Below, in pieces: positions 8,516 through 17,421 of a stretch of 64,000 nt of DNA. The notes under the pieces are model-generated. The model saw nothing but the letters and a program-made list of their open reading frames with translations. It did no database searches and was not told the DNA's origin. Every line of letters begins with the position of its first letter. Positions within the stretch are counted from its first letter, which is position 1. The position numbers were made by a program, and so were the translations under genes. This DNA is from a virus. The DNA lies in IMG/VR virus record IMGVR_UViG_3300003177_000010, positions 32,001-96,000 of that record; one strand, 5' to 3'.

Positions 8516-8566
8516 CTATCAGCCGGAAATTCTTTTTACATGCAGCCGGATCTGCATATTATTTCT

Positions 8567-8643
8567 GTACTCTCGATAGAAATCAAACCTACGGTCTTCA
8601 CCTTATAAGAACAATGAGATGATACCTCGCTACAAAATAGTAC
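8567..8643 (-). pseudogene. Degenerate tRNA remnant related to the neighbouring tRNA-Arg(ACG)
   Basis: gtactctcgatag.aatc.aaccta shared with 8730-8754. Confidence 0.4.
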
Positions 8644-8727
8644 CCTTGCTCCTTACCGTGGTGTACCGACTCTTTGGTGAGCACTCAGTAGCAATCTTTC
8701 GAAGGCGGGCATTTCTACTGATAATTT

Positions 8728-8800
8728 TGGTACTCTCGATAGGAATCGAACCTATACGTCAGCTTTCGTAGAGCCAAGTCCATTATCCATCGGCGAGAGT
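8728..8800 (-). tRNA. tRNA-Arg(ACG), reduced D-arm
   Basis: ACTCTCG/CGAGAGT-A-CCA, loop CTACGAA. Confidence 0.85.
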
Positions 8801-8806
8801 ATAAAT

Positions 8807-8880
8807 TGGAGGTATAGATCAGATTTGAACTGATGTAACTGAGTTTGCAATCCAGCGCGTAGCCTCTCCGCCACTATACC
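8807..8880 (-). tRNA. tRNA-Cys(GCA)
   Basis: GGTATAG/CTATACC-T-CCA (U73), GCA anticodon. Confidence 0.92.
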
Positions 8881-8993
8881 ATTAATAGATTGGTTAGCCG
8901 CTTCCTAACCACAGGCCGGTACTTGATCCTTATGATCTGGCCCCGACTTGGCGCTGCACGGAACTAAACAACTATGTTGTTAGTCAAAAAAAA

Positions 8994-9076
8994 TGGAGCG
9001 GGCGACGAGAATCGAACTCGCCATGGAATTAACCGCTAGCTTGGAAGGCTAGTTCTACACCTTGTAGATCACCCGC
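8994..9076 (-). tRNA. tRNA-Gly(TCC) with 6-bp D-stem and long variable region
   Basis: GCGGGTG/CGCCCGC-T-CCA; CTAGC-CTTCCAA-GCTAG. Confidence 0.88.
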
Positions 9077-9184
9077 AAAAAGTCGATTTTGAAACAGAAC
9101 TATCGTAAACCGCATTTGTATACATTGTAAGCAGTGCATCATCACTGTAGGAACTACATCCCGCAACCTCTCCTGTATACACAT

Positions 9185-9215
9185 AAAAAAACCCTCACTA
9201 ATTTCTTAGGAGGGT
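9185..9215 (-). terminator. Intrinsic terminator (candidate attenuator) upstream of the tRNA array
   Basis: ACCCTCCTAA-GAAA-TTAGTGAGGGT followed by a T run. Confidence 0.85.
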
Positions 9216-9244
9216 GTAGACTAGTTAAAATAAGTATATAATAC

Positions 9245-9319
9245 TTATCCGCCATACCCTTCATAAGCCATAGGAAAATCCCATGCACATATATTTTCTT
9301 GTATATTAAATAGTCTCAT
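9245..9319 (-). CDS. 24-aa leader peptide MRLFNIQENICAWDFPMAYEGYGG
   Basis: AAGAGAG SD-like sequence before ATG; ends 30 nt before the terminator; last codons are complementary to the terminator 5' arm. Confidence 0.7.
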   Translation of the reverse strand: MRLFNIQENICAWDFPMAYEGYGG

Positions 9320-9366
9320 TTTGTATTCTCTCTTTTAATCAGTTTACCTGATTTTCTTTATAATTA

Positions 9367-9395
9367 AATATAGCACAAAATTTAGCAATAGTCAA
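9367..9395 (-). promoter_or_regulatory. Sigma70-like promoter of the leader/tRNA operon
   Basis: TTGACT-17 nt-TATATT with an extended -10 TG. Confidence 0.8.
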
Positions 9396-9440
9396 CAACT
9401 TTTTTAATTTTTTATGTAAGGTGCTGAAGTGTTTCTTATA

Positions 9441-9878
9441 CTACAGCGAATTAAAAAATCTCTCTAAAACTATATTAGATAAATCCTTATATTCTTTATT
9501 TAGCTTTTTAAAGTCTCTGATTAGCACAGCATTACTTACTTTATTAACATCTTCATCTAAAAAGTTAATGTAATAAGTTAAGTCGTCTTTTAGCTTAGGA
9601 TAATATACATTTTGTAGCTTTACGTCTTTAGTCCACCCTAGAAATATCTCAGACTCGCTATCAATATGGTCACTATCAAACTGGTCTACAAGCTGTTCAA
9701 GGCTATCAGTAGCATAGGCATCTGTAACAGTTTCACCTAAATGGTATTGAGAAAACTCTTCTGGAACCTCTCCAACGGTAACATAATCTTTATACGGATT
9801 AGGGTCTGTATCTCCATCTTCCATTTTTACTACATAACGATGGCGAAATGATTGAATTGACGTAATTACTGCGTACAT
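9441..9878 (-). CDS. Hypothetical protein
   Basis: 145-aa ORF with AAGGGA SD. Confidence 0.65.
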   Translation of the reverse strand: MYAVITSIQSFRHRYVVKMEDGDTDPNPYKDYVTVGEVPEEFSQYHLGETVTDAYATDSLEQLVDQFDSDHIDSESEIFLGWTKDVKLQNVYYPKLKDDLTYYINFLDEDVNKVSNAVLIRDFKKLNKEYKDLSNIVLERFFNSL

Positions 9879-9954
9879 TTTATATTCCCTTTATTGATGA
9901 TTATTTTTAACATATAATTTTATCTTTTAGCAAATATAAAATGAAATTTTTTAG

Positions 9955-10044
9955 TGGCGGAAGCAGTGAGATTCGAACTCAATACTACTACAAGTACCTT
10001 TAGGTTAGCAACCCAAGACAGAAACCTTTCTGCTTCTTACTTCC
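9955..10044 (-). tRNA. tRNA-Ser(GCT) with tRNA-Sec-like D-arm
   Basis: GGAAGTA/TGCTTCC, G73-CCA, D-arm GCAGAA-AGGT-TTCTGT, loop TTGCTAA, long variable arm, 4-bp T-stem. Confidence 0.85.
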
Positions 10045-10045
10045 A

Positions 10046-10906
10046 TTACTCTAGTGCATTGTTTTTCGTTTTAGATACTGCGTCCATAACACTGTAATTA
10101 AACACGACTACTAAGATAAGCACTTCTTTAACTTCTGCAATACTAAACCCATCAGTATTAACTACTATTTCTTCAATATCTATAAGTAAATTATCTACTA
10201 TAGCAGATACATATGCACGTCGTGCATCAGCGCTTGGCATACCAATTTTCATTACTACATCAAATCTACTAGGTCTATTAAGAAGTCTAGCAGGTAGCCT
10301 TTCTGGGTAATTAGTAGTAGCTAAAAATAATACTCCGTCTACGTCAGAACTACCATCTAGTAAGTGAGTCATATCTTCGTCACCATGCCTAGCAATAATA
10401 CCATCTATGTCTTCGAATACTACTACAATTTTACGTTCTGGCTCAAGAGTTTTTATAATTTCAATGGAGTCTTCAGCGCTGTCAGCGCTATTAGCAAGGA
10501 TCATAACAGCATCCTCTTTTTCTAGCATACCAGCTAGTCTATATATAGTAGCCGACTTACCACTACCTGGAGGTCCATATAGTAAAATGCCGCGTTTATA
10601 GACAAAATTTAGCTTAGCGTAATCTTTTCTCTTTGTCCAGAAATCTTTTATATGGCTTAGAACAGTGGAGGAGGAATCATCAGGTAGTTTTACAAGACCG
10701 TCAACAGACATAGATAGCCTCTGAAGAAAAGGCTCCACACCCCAAGGAGCGCGGTATTTATATATACCTGCTGGTATCTTACCTTTAGAATAACCACCAA
10801 CTCTCCAAGTCTGCGCTTGAGAATCAGTAGCCCATACAGGGTCTTTTATCTTTAGCGGTTTTTTATATTTGAATGGCTGTACATTTTTAACAACTATATT
10901 TGACAT
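10046..10906 (-). CDS. AAA+ ATPase
   Basis: GPPGSGKS, VFEDID, ATTN, RPSRFD. Confidence 0.9.
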   Translation of the reverse strand: MSNIVVKNVQPFKYKKPLKIKDPVWATDSQAQTWRVGGYSKGKIPAGIYKYRAPWGVEPFLQRLSMSVDGLVKLPDDSSSTVLSHIKDFWTKRKDYAKLNFVYKRGILLYGPPGSGKSATIYRLAGMLEKEDAVMILANSADSAEDSIEIIKTLEPERKIVVVFEDIDGIIARHGDEDMTHLLDGSSDVDGVLFLATTNYPERLPARLLNRPSRFDVVMKIGMPSADARRAYVSAIVDNLLIDIEEIVVNTDGFSIAEVKEVLILVVVFNYSVMDAVSKTKNNALE

Positions 10907-10972
10907 TTTTTAATCCTTATGTTAGCTTATTAATAGTATATAATATAACATAATAATAGTCAAATAATAAAA

Positions 10973-11326
10973 TTAAAATCCGCTATATGGATATGTAATC
11001 CAAGACTTAATATTATAGTAGGATACATCTTTACCGTACTTATTAACCATAGTGTGTATGCGTTTAAGTAAGTATTTATCTGCTAAAGGACTATTGAGGG
11101 CTTTACAATTCTGCTCTACAGTCTTATACTCTTTATTACTTATTATGGCTCTAGCTAAAAAAGTAGCTCTATTTTCCCTACGAACAGTAATTTTTCTATG
11201 GTTAGCTAAATTATTTAACATGCTAACGTCTTTATTATTACTTTGTTTGATCTTTAACTCTTCAAAGCGTATAAGTTTAGCCTCTATACCTAAGTGCTTT
11301 GACTTTATTTTAAGTTCTATACTCAT
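10973..11326 (-). CDS. Basic hypothetical protein
   Basis: 117-aa ORF on the coding strand. Confidence 0.65.
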   Translation of the reverse strand: MSIELKIKSKHLGIEAKLIRFEELKIKQSNNKDVSMLNNLANHRKITVRRENRATFLARAIISNKEYKTVEQNCKALNSPLADKYLLKRIHTMVNKYGKDVSYYNIKSWITYPYSGF

Positions 11327-11626
11327 TATATCATCTTTATATTATTATACTTATAGCTATACAGTAATTTCAATCCATATATCTGAAGGATTAACTATTA
11401 CGTTATATTACCTGTGTGCAAGGTTCTACCTCTGGCCAACATCTTACCTGACTTATCCTTTAAAGACGCTATTCCGCCTTTCTATAATTATTTATAACAT
11501 TAAAATTAACCATTAGGCAAATGTTATTTTGATTTTTTAAGAGTTTACCCGTTATTAAATAGTTTTAACTCTAATACTACATACACTATAGTTATATATA
11601 GCATTAAAATTAGCCGTTAGGCAATA

Positions 11627-12454
11627 TTAAACTTCGTTTAATGGCCAGTAAGGCTGTTCAATATTGAATGTTCTATATATTTTACTACAATCTAGCCTAG
11701 AGTTTTTAGGTCTTTTTATAGAATCGTTACTGCCCTTAGTACTAATTCGATTAATTTTACAAGTATAATTATTACTTTTTACTATGTATTCTGCAAAGTC
11801 AGCCCAACTAACTGCGGGTACTCCTGAATAATTATACACACCAGATACAGTACTATTTCGAAGTAGCTTTTTAGCAATAGTAGGAATTATACTGGCTATA
11901 CTTGACGCAGATGTAGGCCCTCCTATTTGATCGTCTACTACACTTATACTACTCTGATTTGTAGCAAGGTTTTTTATAGTATTTACAAAATTTTTACCTT
12001 TATCAGAAAATACCCAAGAAGTCCTAATTATAGCATAAGTACCCCCAACCCTAGATATACCTATATCAGCTAACTCTTTAGTTATACCATATGAGTTTAT
12101 AGGGTGAGTTCTATTTTTCTCTTTATATGCTTTTTTCTTTTTACCATTATATACATAGTCAGTAGAAATGTGGATAAAAACTTTATTATTGTCTTTTGCT
12201 GCCTGGGCCATAACAATAGGTGTTATACTGTTTACTATGTATGCTTCTTTCATATTATCTGGGCAGTTCTTAACACCTGTATAAGCAGCTAAATTAACAA
12301 TTACATCTGCATCAGACTTTTTTATTATATCAGTACAGGCATCAGTATTTAATAAATTAGCAGTAGATCTATTTATAAATATTGCGTTATCTACTACATC
12401 CTTAAATGCAGTAGCTATCTGTCCTGTGCTACCAAAAACTAAATATTTTATCAT
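11627..12454 (-). CDS. rmlD: dTDP-4-dehydrorhamnose reductase
   Basis: GSTGQIA, AAYT.V, HISTDYVY, YGITK, DQIGGPT, RPKNSRLD. Confidence 0.93.
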   Translation of the reverse strand: MIKYLVFGSTGQIATAFKDVVDNAIFINRSTANLLNTDACTDIIKKSDADVIVNLAAYTGVKNCPDNMKEAYIVNSITPIVMAQAAKDNNKVFIHISTDYVYNGKKKKAYKEKNRTHPINSYGITKELADIGISRVGGTYAIIRTSWVFSDKGKNFVNTIKNLATNQSSISVVDDQIGGPTSASSIASIIPTIAKKLLRNSTVSGVYNYSGVPAVSWADFAEYIVKSNNYTCKINRISTKGSNDSIKRPKNSRLDCSKIYRTFNIEQPYWPLNEV

Positions 12455-12991
12455 CTAAAAGGGACTTTCAAAATCAGTAAAATTAATTGCGGATTTATCT
12501 TTATCTGATAAAATACTTTGTAAAGGTAAAGTTATTAAACCGTTAAAAGATACGGACATGTCACAGGTACTATCATAATAATCAGAACACTTATAAAATA
12601 CTTTAGTGTAAGGCTCTAAGGTAATAAAACCATGTAAAAACCCTTCAGGTATAAATAGTTGCTCTGCGTGCTTATCCGTTATTATCTGTTGAACAGCTTT
12701 TCCATATGTACTACTACTTTTACGAATGTCTATTGCAATATCTAATATGGACCCTTTCATACAAGTTACTAGTTTAGCTTGCGCTTTAGGAGGCTTCTGA
12801 AAATGTAAACCTCTTGCAGTGTGTTTGCTTACAGATACAGAAAAGTTATCTTGTACAAAGACAGGTAATTTAACGCCTTCTCGCAGTAATGTATTATTAT
12901 TATAGCTCTCTACGAAGGCTCCTCTAGTATCTTTATGTATTTTTGGATATATAAGTATAACATCGTTTATACCTGTAGTAACTATACGCAT
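12455..12991 (-). CDS. rmlC: dTDP-4-dehydrorhamnose 3,5-epimerase
   Basis: DTRG.F.E, FVQDN.S, RGLHFQ, QAKLV, IPEGFLHGF. Confidence 0.95.
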   Translation of the reverse strand: MRIVTTGINDVILIYPKIHKDTRGAFVESYNNNTLLREGVKLPVFVQDNFSVSVSKHTARGLHFQKPPKAQAKLVTCMKGSILDIAIDIRKSSSTYGKAVQQIITDKHAEQLFIPEGFLHGFITLEPYTKVFYKCSDYYDSTCDMSVSFNGLITLPLQSILSDKDKSAINFTDFESPF

Positions 12992-13452
12992 TTAATACCT
13001 ATACATTCTAGCATTCTAACTGCTATTAGCAATTCTCCTGTGTACAATGAGTCAATAATTCGCATCTCGTTAAATACTTCATCTTTATATAACCATTTAA
13101 GAGTTTTCATTGTGCCCCATTTGATTTAGTTGTTGTTCAAAAATATTTATCTGCTTTAGTAATTCTTTTTTATGCTTACTTGCTAGTAAGTATATGTCAT
13201 GATCTGACGTATTTTCTAGTACATACTCTACAAAGTCTAATTGTTCAAAAGTATTAATCATTACTTATAACAGTACTAGATACAATATCTTCTTGAATTC
13301 TTATTGATTCATCTGGTGTAACAGCTCCTTCTTCAATAAATTTTTCTATGTCTTGCATAGTTACTTTAGATAAAGAGTCAAATAAATAGGTGTGCCTTAT
13401 ATGCTCGATTGTTACTATTTTTACGTTATTCATGTAGTACCTTTTTAATGTA

Positions 13453-13480
13453 AATATAGCTGCTACGGCAGCTATATTTT
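13453..13480. terminator. Intrinsic terminator
   Basis: aatatagctgc-tacg-gcagctatatt with flanking A/T runs. Confidence 0.7.
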
Positions 13481-13615
13481 TTATACTAGTATACCTTTAC
13501 GGCATAATTCTTTTTGCTTATGTTCTAACTCAGCTAAGCTTTTGGAGGTTGCTAAATAATCTTCAATATAACTATCCCTAGTCTTAAATAATTTAGCTAA
13601 TATATACTTAACCAT
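13481..13615 (-). CDS. Small DUF3563-like protein (…IEDYLATSKSLAELEHKQKEL…)
   Basis: Translated by eye; E.YLA.S..L.ELE pattern; lies downstream of the sHSP. Confidence 0.55.
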   Translation of the reverse strand: MVKYILAKLFKTRDSYIEDYLATSKSLAELEHKQKELCRKGILV

Positions 13616-13756
13616 ACATACGCGAAACTTGAGTAACAGTTTTGCCATGAGTTAGCATATAGTAAGCAGCGTTAGCTTCACTTCCATATTCAACTTGGCA
13701 GTATCTGTATAATCCACTATTATTTTTAAGTACTTTTTTTAACATGTTTAACATGG

Positions 13757-14170
13757 CTACAAACCTTTTACTTTAATTTTATTGGCTTTTGCAGCTTTTG
13801 GAACTTTGATCTCTATATTAATAGATAATATACCGTTAGCTAGATTAGCATTAGTAACTTTAGCATCTTCAGCTAATTTAAATACCTTAGTAAATTTTTT
13901 AGCAGAGATACCTTTATGTATATATTTATCTGCGCTACGATGTTTATCTCTATTACCGGTGATAGTTAGTACATTATTTAGCTCTTCTAGATCTATATCA
14001 TCTATAGTAAAACCAGCAACGGCTATTTCTATAGTATATTTATTATTTGATTCTTTAGCAATATTATACGGTGGATAGTTATCTGTAGATACCGACATTA
14101 AATTATTAAAAGAGTCAAGTAGGGGTTCAAAGCCAATGAAAGCTCTGCGTGATAGGTGTAAGTCAGTCAT
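13757..14170 (-). CDS. Small heat-shock protein (Hsp20/IbpA-like)
   Basis: NYPPYNI, IEIAVAGF, YIHKGIS, LANGILSI. Confidence 0.93.
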   Translation of the reverse strand: MTDLHLSRRAFIGFEPLLDSFNNLMSVSTDNYPPYNIAKESNNKYTIEIAVAGFTIDDIDLEELNNVLTITGNRDKHRSADKYIHKGISAKKFTKVFKLAEDAKVTNANLANGILSINIEIKVPKAAKANKIKVKGL

Positions 14171-14174
14171 TTTA

Positions 14175-14192
14175 TCTCCTTATTAAGCAAGA
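14175..14192 (-). promoter_or_regulatory. ROSE-like RNA thermometer hairpin
   Basis: TCTTGCT-TAATA-AGGAGA: a UUGCU motif pairs with the sHSP SD. Confidence 0.6.
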
Positions 14193-14255
14193 CTAATTAT
14201 AGTAAACCGGAATTCCGCATTTACAATTTGCTATTTCATAGCATAGCTGCTATTA

Positions 14256-15035
14256 TTAATGTTTAGGAAAATCCATTCTATATATATCAGTTTCTATACA
14301 GTCTTCTCCGTATTGTATCTCTATTACTGATATTTCCTTATCTGTATTATTCTCTAAGCAGTGCCAACAATTTACAGGTAATAATACATAGTTATCTTGT
14401 ATATAGTTTATAGTAGTAAGTCTACTGCCTACAAAGCTACTGTGGACTGTAGCAGTACCTTTTCTAATAAACCACAATTCGCTTCTCTTACTATGTTTTT
14501 GCCAAGACAAGCGTTTACCTGGGCTAACTGTTAATTCTTTAATTTTAGTGTGTTTACTATAAGATTTTAATACTCTCCAAGTACCCCAGTCTCTTATAGC
14601 TTCTTCAGAGTAATAGTTATTCAACGTAGTTGAAGATGAATTAACTTTATTAGTGCCGCCTAAGTAACCGTCTATTAGCACTCTATTATTTAAGCAATAA
14701 TCTTTTTCAGGGAAATTACCATTAGCTCTATCACCGCCGTTACCGAATGTTAAAGTACTATGAATATTTCTATCTTTTATTTTTCTAATAAGTTTTATAG
14801 CAGTATCATCAGAATCATCAAATATTACTACTTCATCTATATACTTTATAGAGGTTAATATAGCAAACCTAGTAGCTAAACTCTGAAAATTATTACCCTT
14901 TTTTCTTTTTAGCCAGCTATCCGAATTAATACCTACAATGACTTTATCATATTTAATAGATGCTTCTTCAAACATAGCTATGTGACCCTCATGAATAGGG
15001 TCAAAACCACCAGAAAGTACTACTACATTACCCAA
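14256..15035 (-). CDS. Cytidylyltransferase-like nucleotidyltransferase fused to a cupin (type II PMI-like) domain
   Basis: SGGFDPIHEGH, NGGDR; RDWG, LSWQKH..RSELW, EIQYG..C.E.DI.R. Confidence 0.85.
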   Translation of the reverse strand: MGNVVVLSGGFDPIHEGHIAMFEEASIKYDKVIVGINSDSWLKRKKGNNFQSLATRFAILTSIKYIDEVVIFDDSDDTAIKLIRKIKDRNIHSTLTFGNGGDRANGNFPEKDYCLNNRVLIDGYLGGTNKVNSSSTTLNNYYSEEAIRDWGTWRVLKSYSKHTKIKELTVSPGKRLSWQKHSKRSELWFIRKGTATVHSSFVGSRLTTINYIQDNYVLLPVNCWHCLENNTDKEISVIEIQYGEDCIETDIYRMDFPKH

Positions 15036-15258
15036 TACATAATTGTCCTACTTTTTCAGTAGTATCTCCATATACTTCTCCAAATATACTACCTGCCTTT
15101 TTCCACTTATCTAAGATTTTAATATGTTTACATAGACGAGTAGATGGGCAAGTACATGAATTATGTGATACCTTATACACAGCGGTAGGTAGGCTAGTAT
15201 CTTCAAATTTAGAGATTTCAAAATTATTACTTACTTTTCTAAGTAGATATTCTGCCAT
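15028..15258 (-). CDS. SWIM zinc-finger protein
   Basis: SCTCP....CKH. Confidence 0.7.
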   Translation of the reverse strand: MAEYLLRKVSNNFEISKFEDTSLPTAVYKVSHNSCTCPSTRLCKHIKILDKWKKAGSIFGEVYGDTTEKVGQLCIG

Positions 15259-15781
15259 TATAATCCTTTATTGCATTATTATAGATAGCTTTTAACTGCT
15301 CCTGATTGCTAGGTAAAATATTATTTAACATATTTATTCTAAGTTTTTTATAGTATTCTTTAAATAAATGCCCATGAGGTGTGCCTTTTATACTATAGTG
15401 TTTATATGCAAAATATTGAACAGCATGAGATACCTCATGAGCAATAGTGCCATATAACTTGTGTAAAGGGTCATAAGTGTAAAAATCACCTATTATATCG
15501 TCATTATTATACTTACCATGTTCTGAAAATTTTATAGGTATAGGATTACTCATAGGATTAGAATCATAAATATACCTATAATTATCTCTCATGGCTATAT
15601 TTATACCTGGACCTTTTTTATACATACCTCCTTTTGAGGCAGTACGGCGAGGATCCCAGTCTAGCCTAGTAGTAACAAGTACAAAAGAAGATTCTATGTT
15701 TCTTTGTATATAGTTTTCTAATAAACTAGCGTAATCATACGCTAGATTATTTACTTCAGTTTTTGGCCTAATTCTGCTCAA
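15239..15781 (-). CDS. SprT-like zinc metallopeptidase
   Basis: HEVSH...PHG..F. Confidence 0.7.
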   Translation of the reverse strand: MSRIRPKTEVNNLAYDYASLLENYIQRNIESSFVLVTTRLDWDPRRTASKGGMYKKGPGINIAMRDNYRYIYDSNPMSNPIPIKFSEHGKYNNDDIIGDFYTYDPLHKLYGTIAHEVSHAVQYFAYKHYSIKGTPHGHLFKEYYKKLRINMLNNILPSNQEQLKAIYNNAIKDYNGRIST

Positions 15782-16041
15782 TATTTTGTACTAGGTTTTG
15801 AGGGCAGTTTCCATACCTCGTTAGCATTAACTTTAATAAAGCGCTTATTAGTTTCATTTTTATTAGGGTTTTCTATAGTAAGAACTACATTTTTACCTTC
15901 TAAAAATGCAGTATACTGATTAAGTACCCTCTTTCCTGTAAGTAGATAAGCAGATCGCATAGCATTAGTTAATTTTTTACTAACGCTATGACGTTCCCCT
16001 TTGGATACGTATTTACTATGGGATTTTTTATGCTTAGCCAT
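15778..16041 (-). CDS. Basic conserved phage protein
   Basis: ORF with SD, TIENPNKNETNKRFIKV. Confidence 0.65.
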   Translation of the reverse strand: MAKHKKSHSKYVSKGERHSVSKKLTNAMRSAYLLTGKRVLNQYTAFLEGKNVVLTIENPNKNETNKRFIKVNANEVWKLPSKPSTKY

Positions 16042-16068
16042 TGTATATTCCTTTTATAAGCTTTGCAG

Positions 16069-16692
16069 TTAATATTCAGTTCTATTTTTTACTTTATCTT
16101 TATTAAGTAGCCATCTAATTTTAGGGTCATCATTGTATTGTTTATCCCATATGTACCAAGCGTAACATATAGCATTAGATGCCTTAGTTATTTCTCCATT
16201 TTTATATATAGGCTGTCTATTAGAAAAAATATATACATACTTTAAATTTTTATTACTAGTAAAAAATGAATAACGTCTCTCACTTTCCAAAAAAGTAATT
16301 TTTAAGAACATAGCTACGAATCTACTAGAAACTTTTAAGCTTTTTTCTACAAAGGGCATTAACAATTTAGTAGTATATGGAGGATTCGTTATAACTAAAT
16401 CATAAGTTTTACTATACTCTTTAGCTAAGAAATCTACCCCTACCTCTATGGAATCATCCCCATAATAATGTAAATCTGAAGATTCAATAGTAGCATCAGG
16501 ATAGAATCGTTGTACTGCGTTACTAATATGTTTCATACCACAAGCAGGCTCTAAAACGGTGTCTATGTTGCCGAATAAATTTAATTCTAGTAGACTCTCA
16601 GTACTTAAAGTAGGGGTCGGATAATAGTCCGTCGCACTTCGTGCGTTACCTTTGCCACTAGAGCCGCCTGTTATTACTGCGTAATTCTTCAT
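16069..16692 (-). CDS. DNA amino (N6-adenine) methyltransferase
   Basis: DYYPTP, LEPACG, ITNPPY. Confidence 0.85.
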   Translation of the reverse strand: MKNYAVITGGSSGKGNARSATDYYPTPTLSTESLLELNLFGNIDTVLEPACGMKHISNAVQRFYPDATIESSDLHYYGDDSIEVGVDFLAKEYSKTYDLVITNPPYTTKLLMPFVEKSLKVSSRFVAMFLKITFLESERRYSFFTSNKNLKYVYIFSNRQPIYKNGEITKASNAICYAWYIWDKQYNDDPKIRWLLNKDKVKNRTEY

Positions 16693-16920
16693 CTAATAAT
16701 ATTTTTTCTTATTATGTAGAAGTCCTAACATAAAAGGCCATAATAAAGTAAGTATAATAACTTTAATTTTATTATTTTTATCAGCACCTCTAAATAAATG
16801 TTGTGCCACTACAAAGGACCCTAAACTATATAGTAGGTATACGGTAATTAAAAATATTAACATTTTTTTTTCTTTCTTATTAATTTATAAACTAAAAATA
16901 ACCTTTAGGCAAATAATATA

Positions 16921-17418
16921 TTATATTATTTCATCTATTAAGTTATACTGTTTTGCTTTTTTAGGAGTTAACTGCACGTCATTAGGAGGAAGTAGCTCTG
17001 CCTCTATGATTTTCTTTGGTAATTTAGTATATTTACAGTAGTGTTTTACGAATCTTTTATACTCTGCATTTATGTTATTGCTAAATAACTCATGAGCTTT
17101 ACCAGAGATGCTACCTGAAGGTTGATGCGACACTAATGTAGTATTTTTAGTAACTCTACGGTAATCTCCTGCCATTAGCACGATTAAGGCACAAGAAGCT
17201 ACCATACCTGTACCAACTATTACAATGGGTATTTTAGACCACGCTATAGTATCAATTAAAGCAAAGGCACTAGCAGTCTCCCCACCATAAGAATTTATAA
17301 TTAAAGTTAAAAAGTTATGGATCTTTTGGTCGTTACTATTTACAATCCATTTTATTACTTCTGCAGTGCTTTCATTATCAAAGTCTTTATAGAAGTAAAA
17401 TTTACTACTATCATACAT
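16921..17418 (-). CDS. ClpP-like protease
   Basis: INSYGG, VASC, SHQP, A..Y.LIDEI. Confidence 0.85.
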   Translation of the reverse strand: MYDSSKFYFYKDFDNESTAEVIKWIVNSNDQKIHNFLTLIINSYGGETASAFALIDTIAWSKIPIVIVGTGMVASCALIVLMAGDYRRVTKNTTLVSHQPSGSISGKAHELFSNNINAEYKRFVKHYCKYTKLPKKIIEAELLPPNDVQLTPKKAKQYNLIDEII

Positions 17419-17421
17419 ATA

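Noticed and set aside
9955-10044. tRNA-Sec
   Set aside because: The anticodon is GCT, not TCA, and no sel genes are present.
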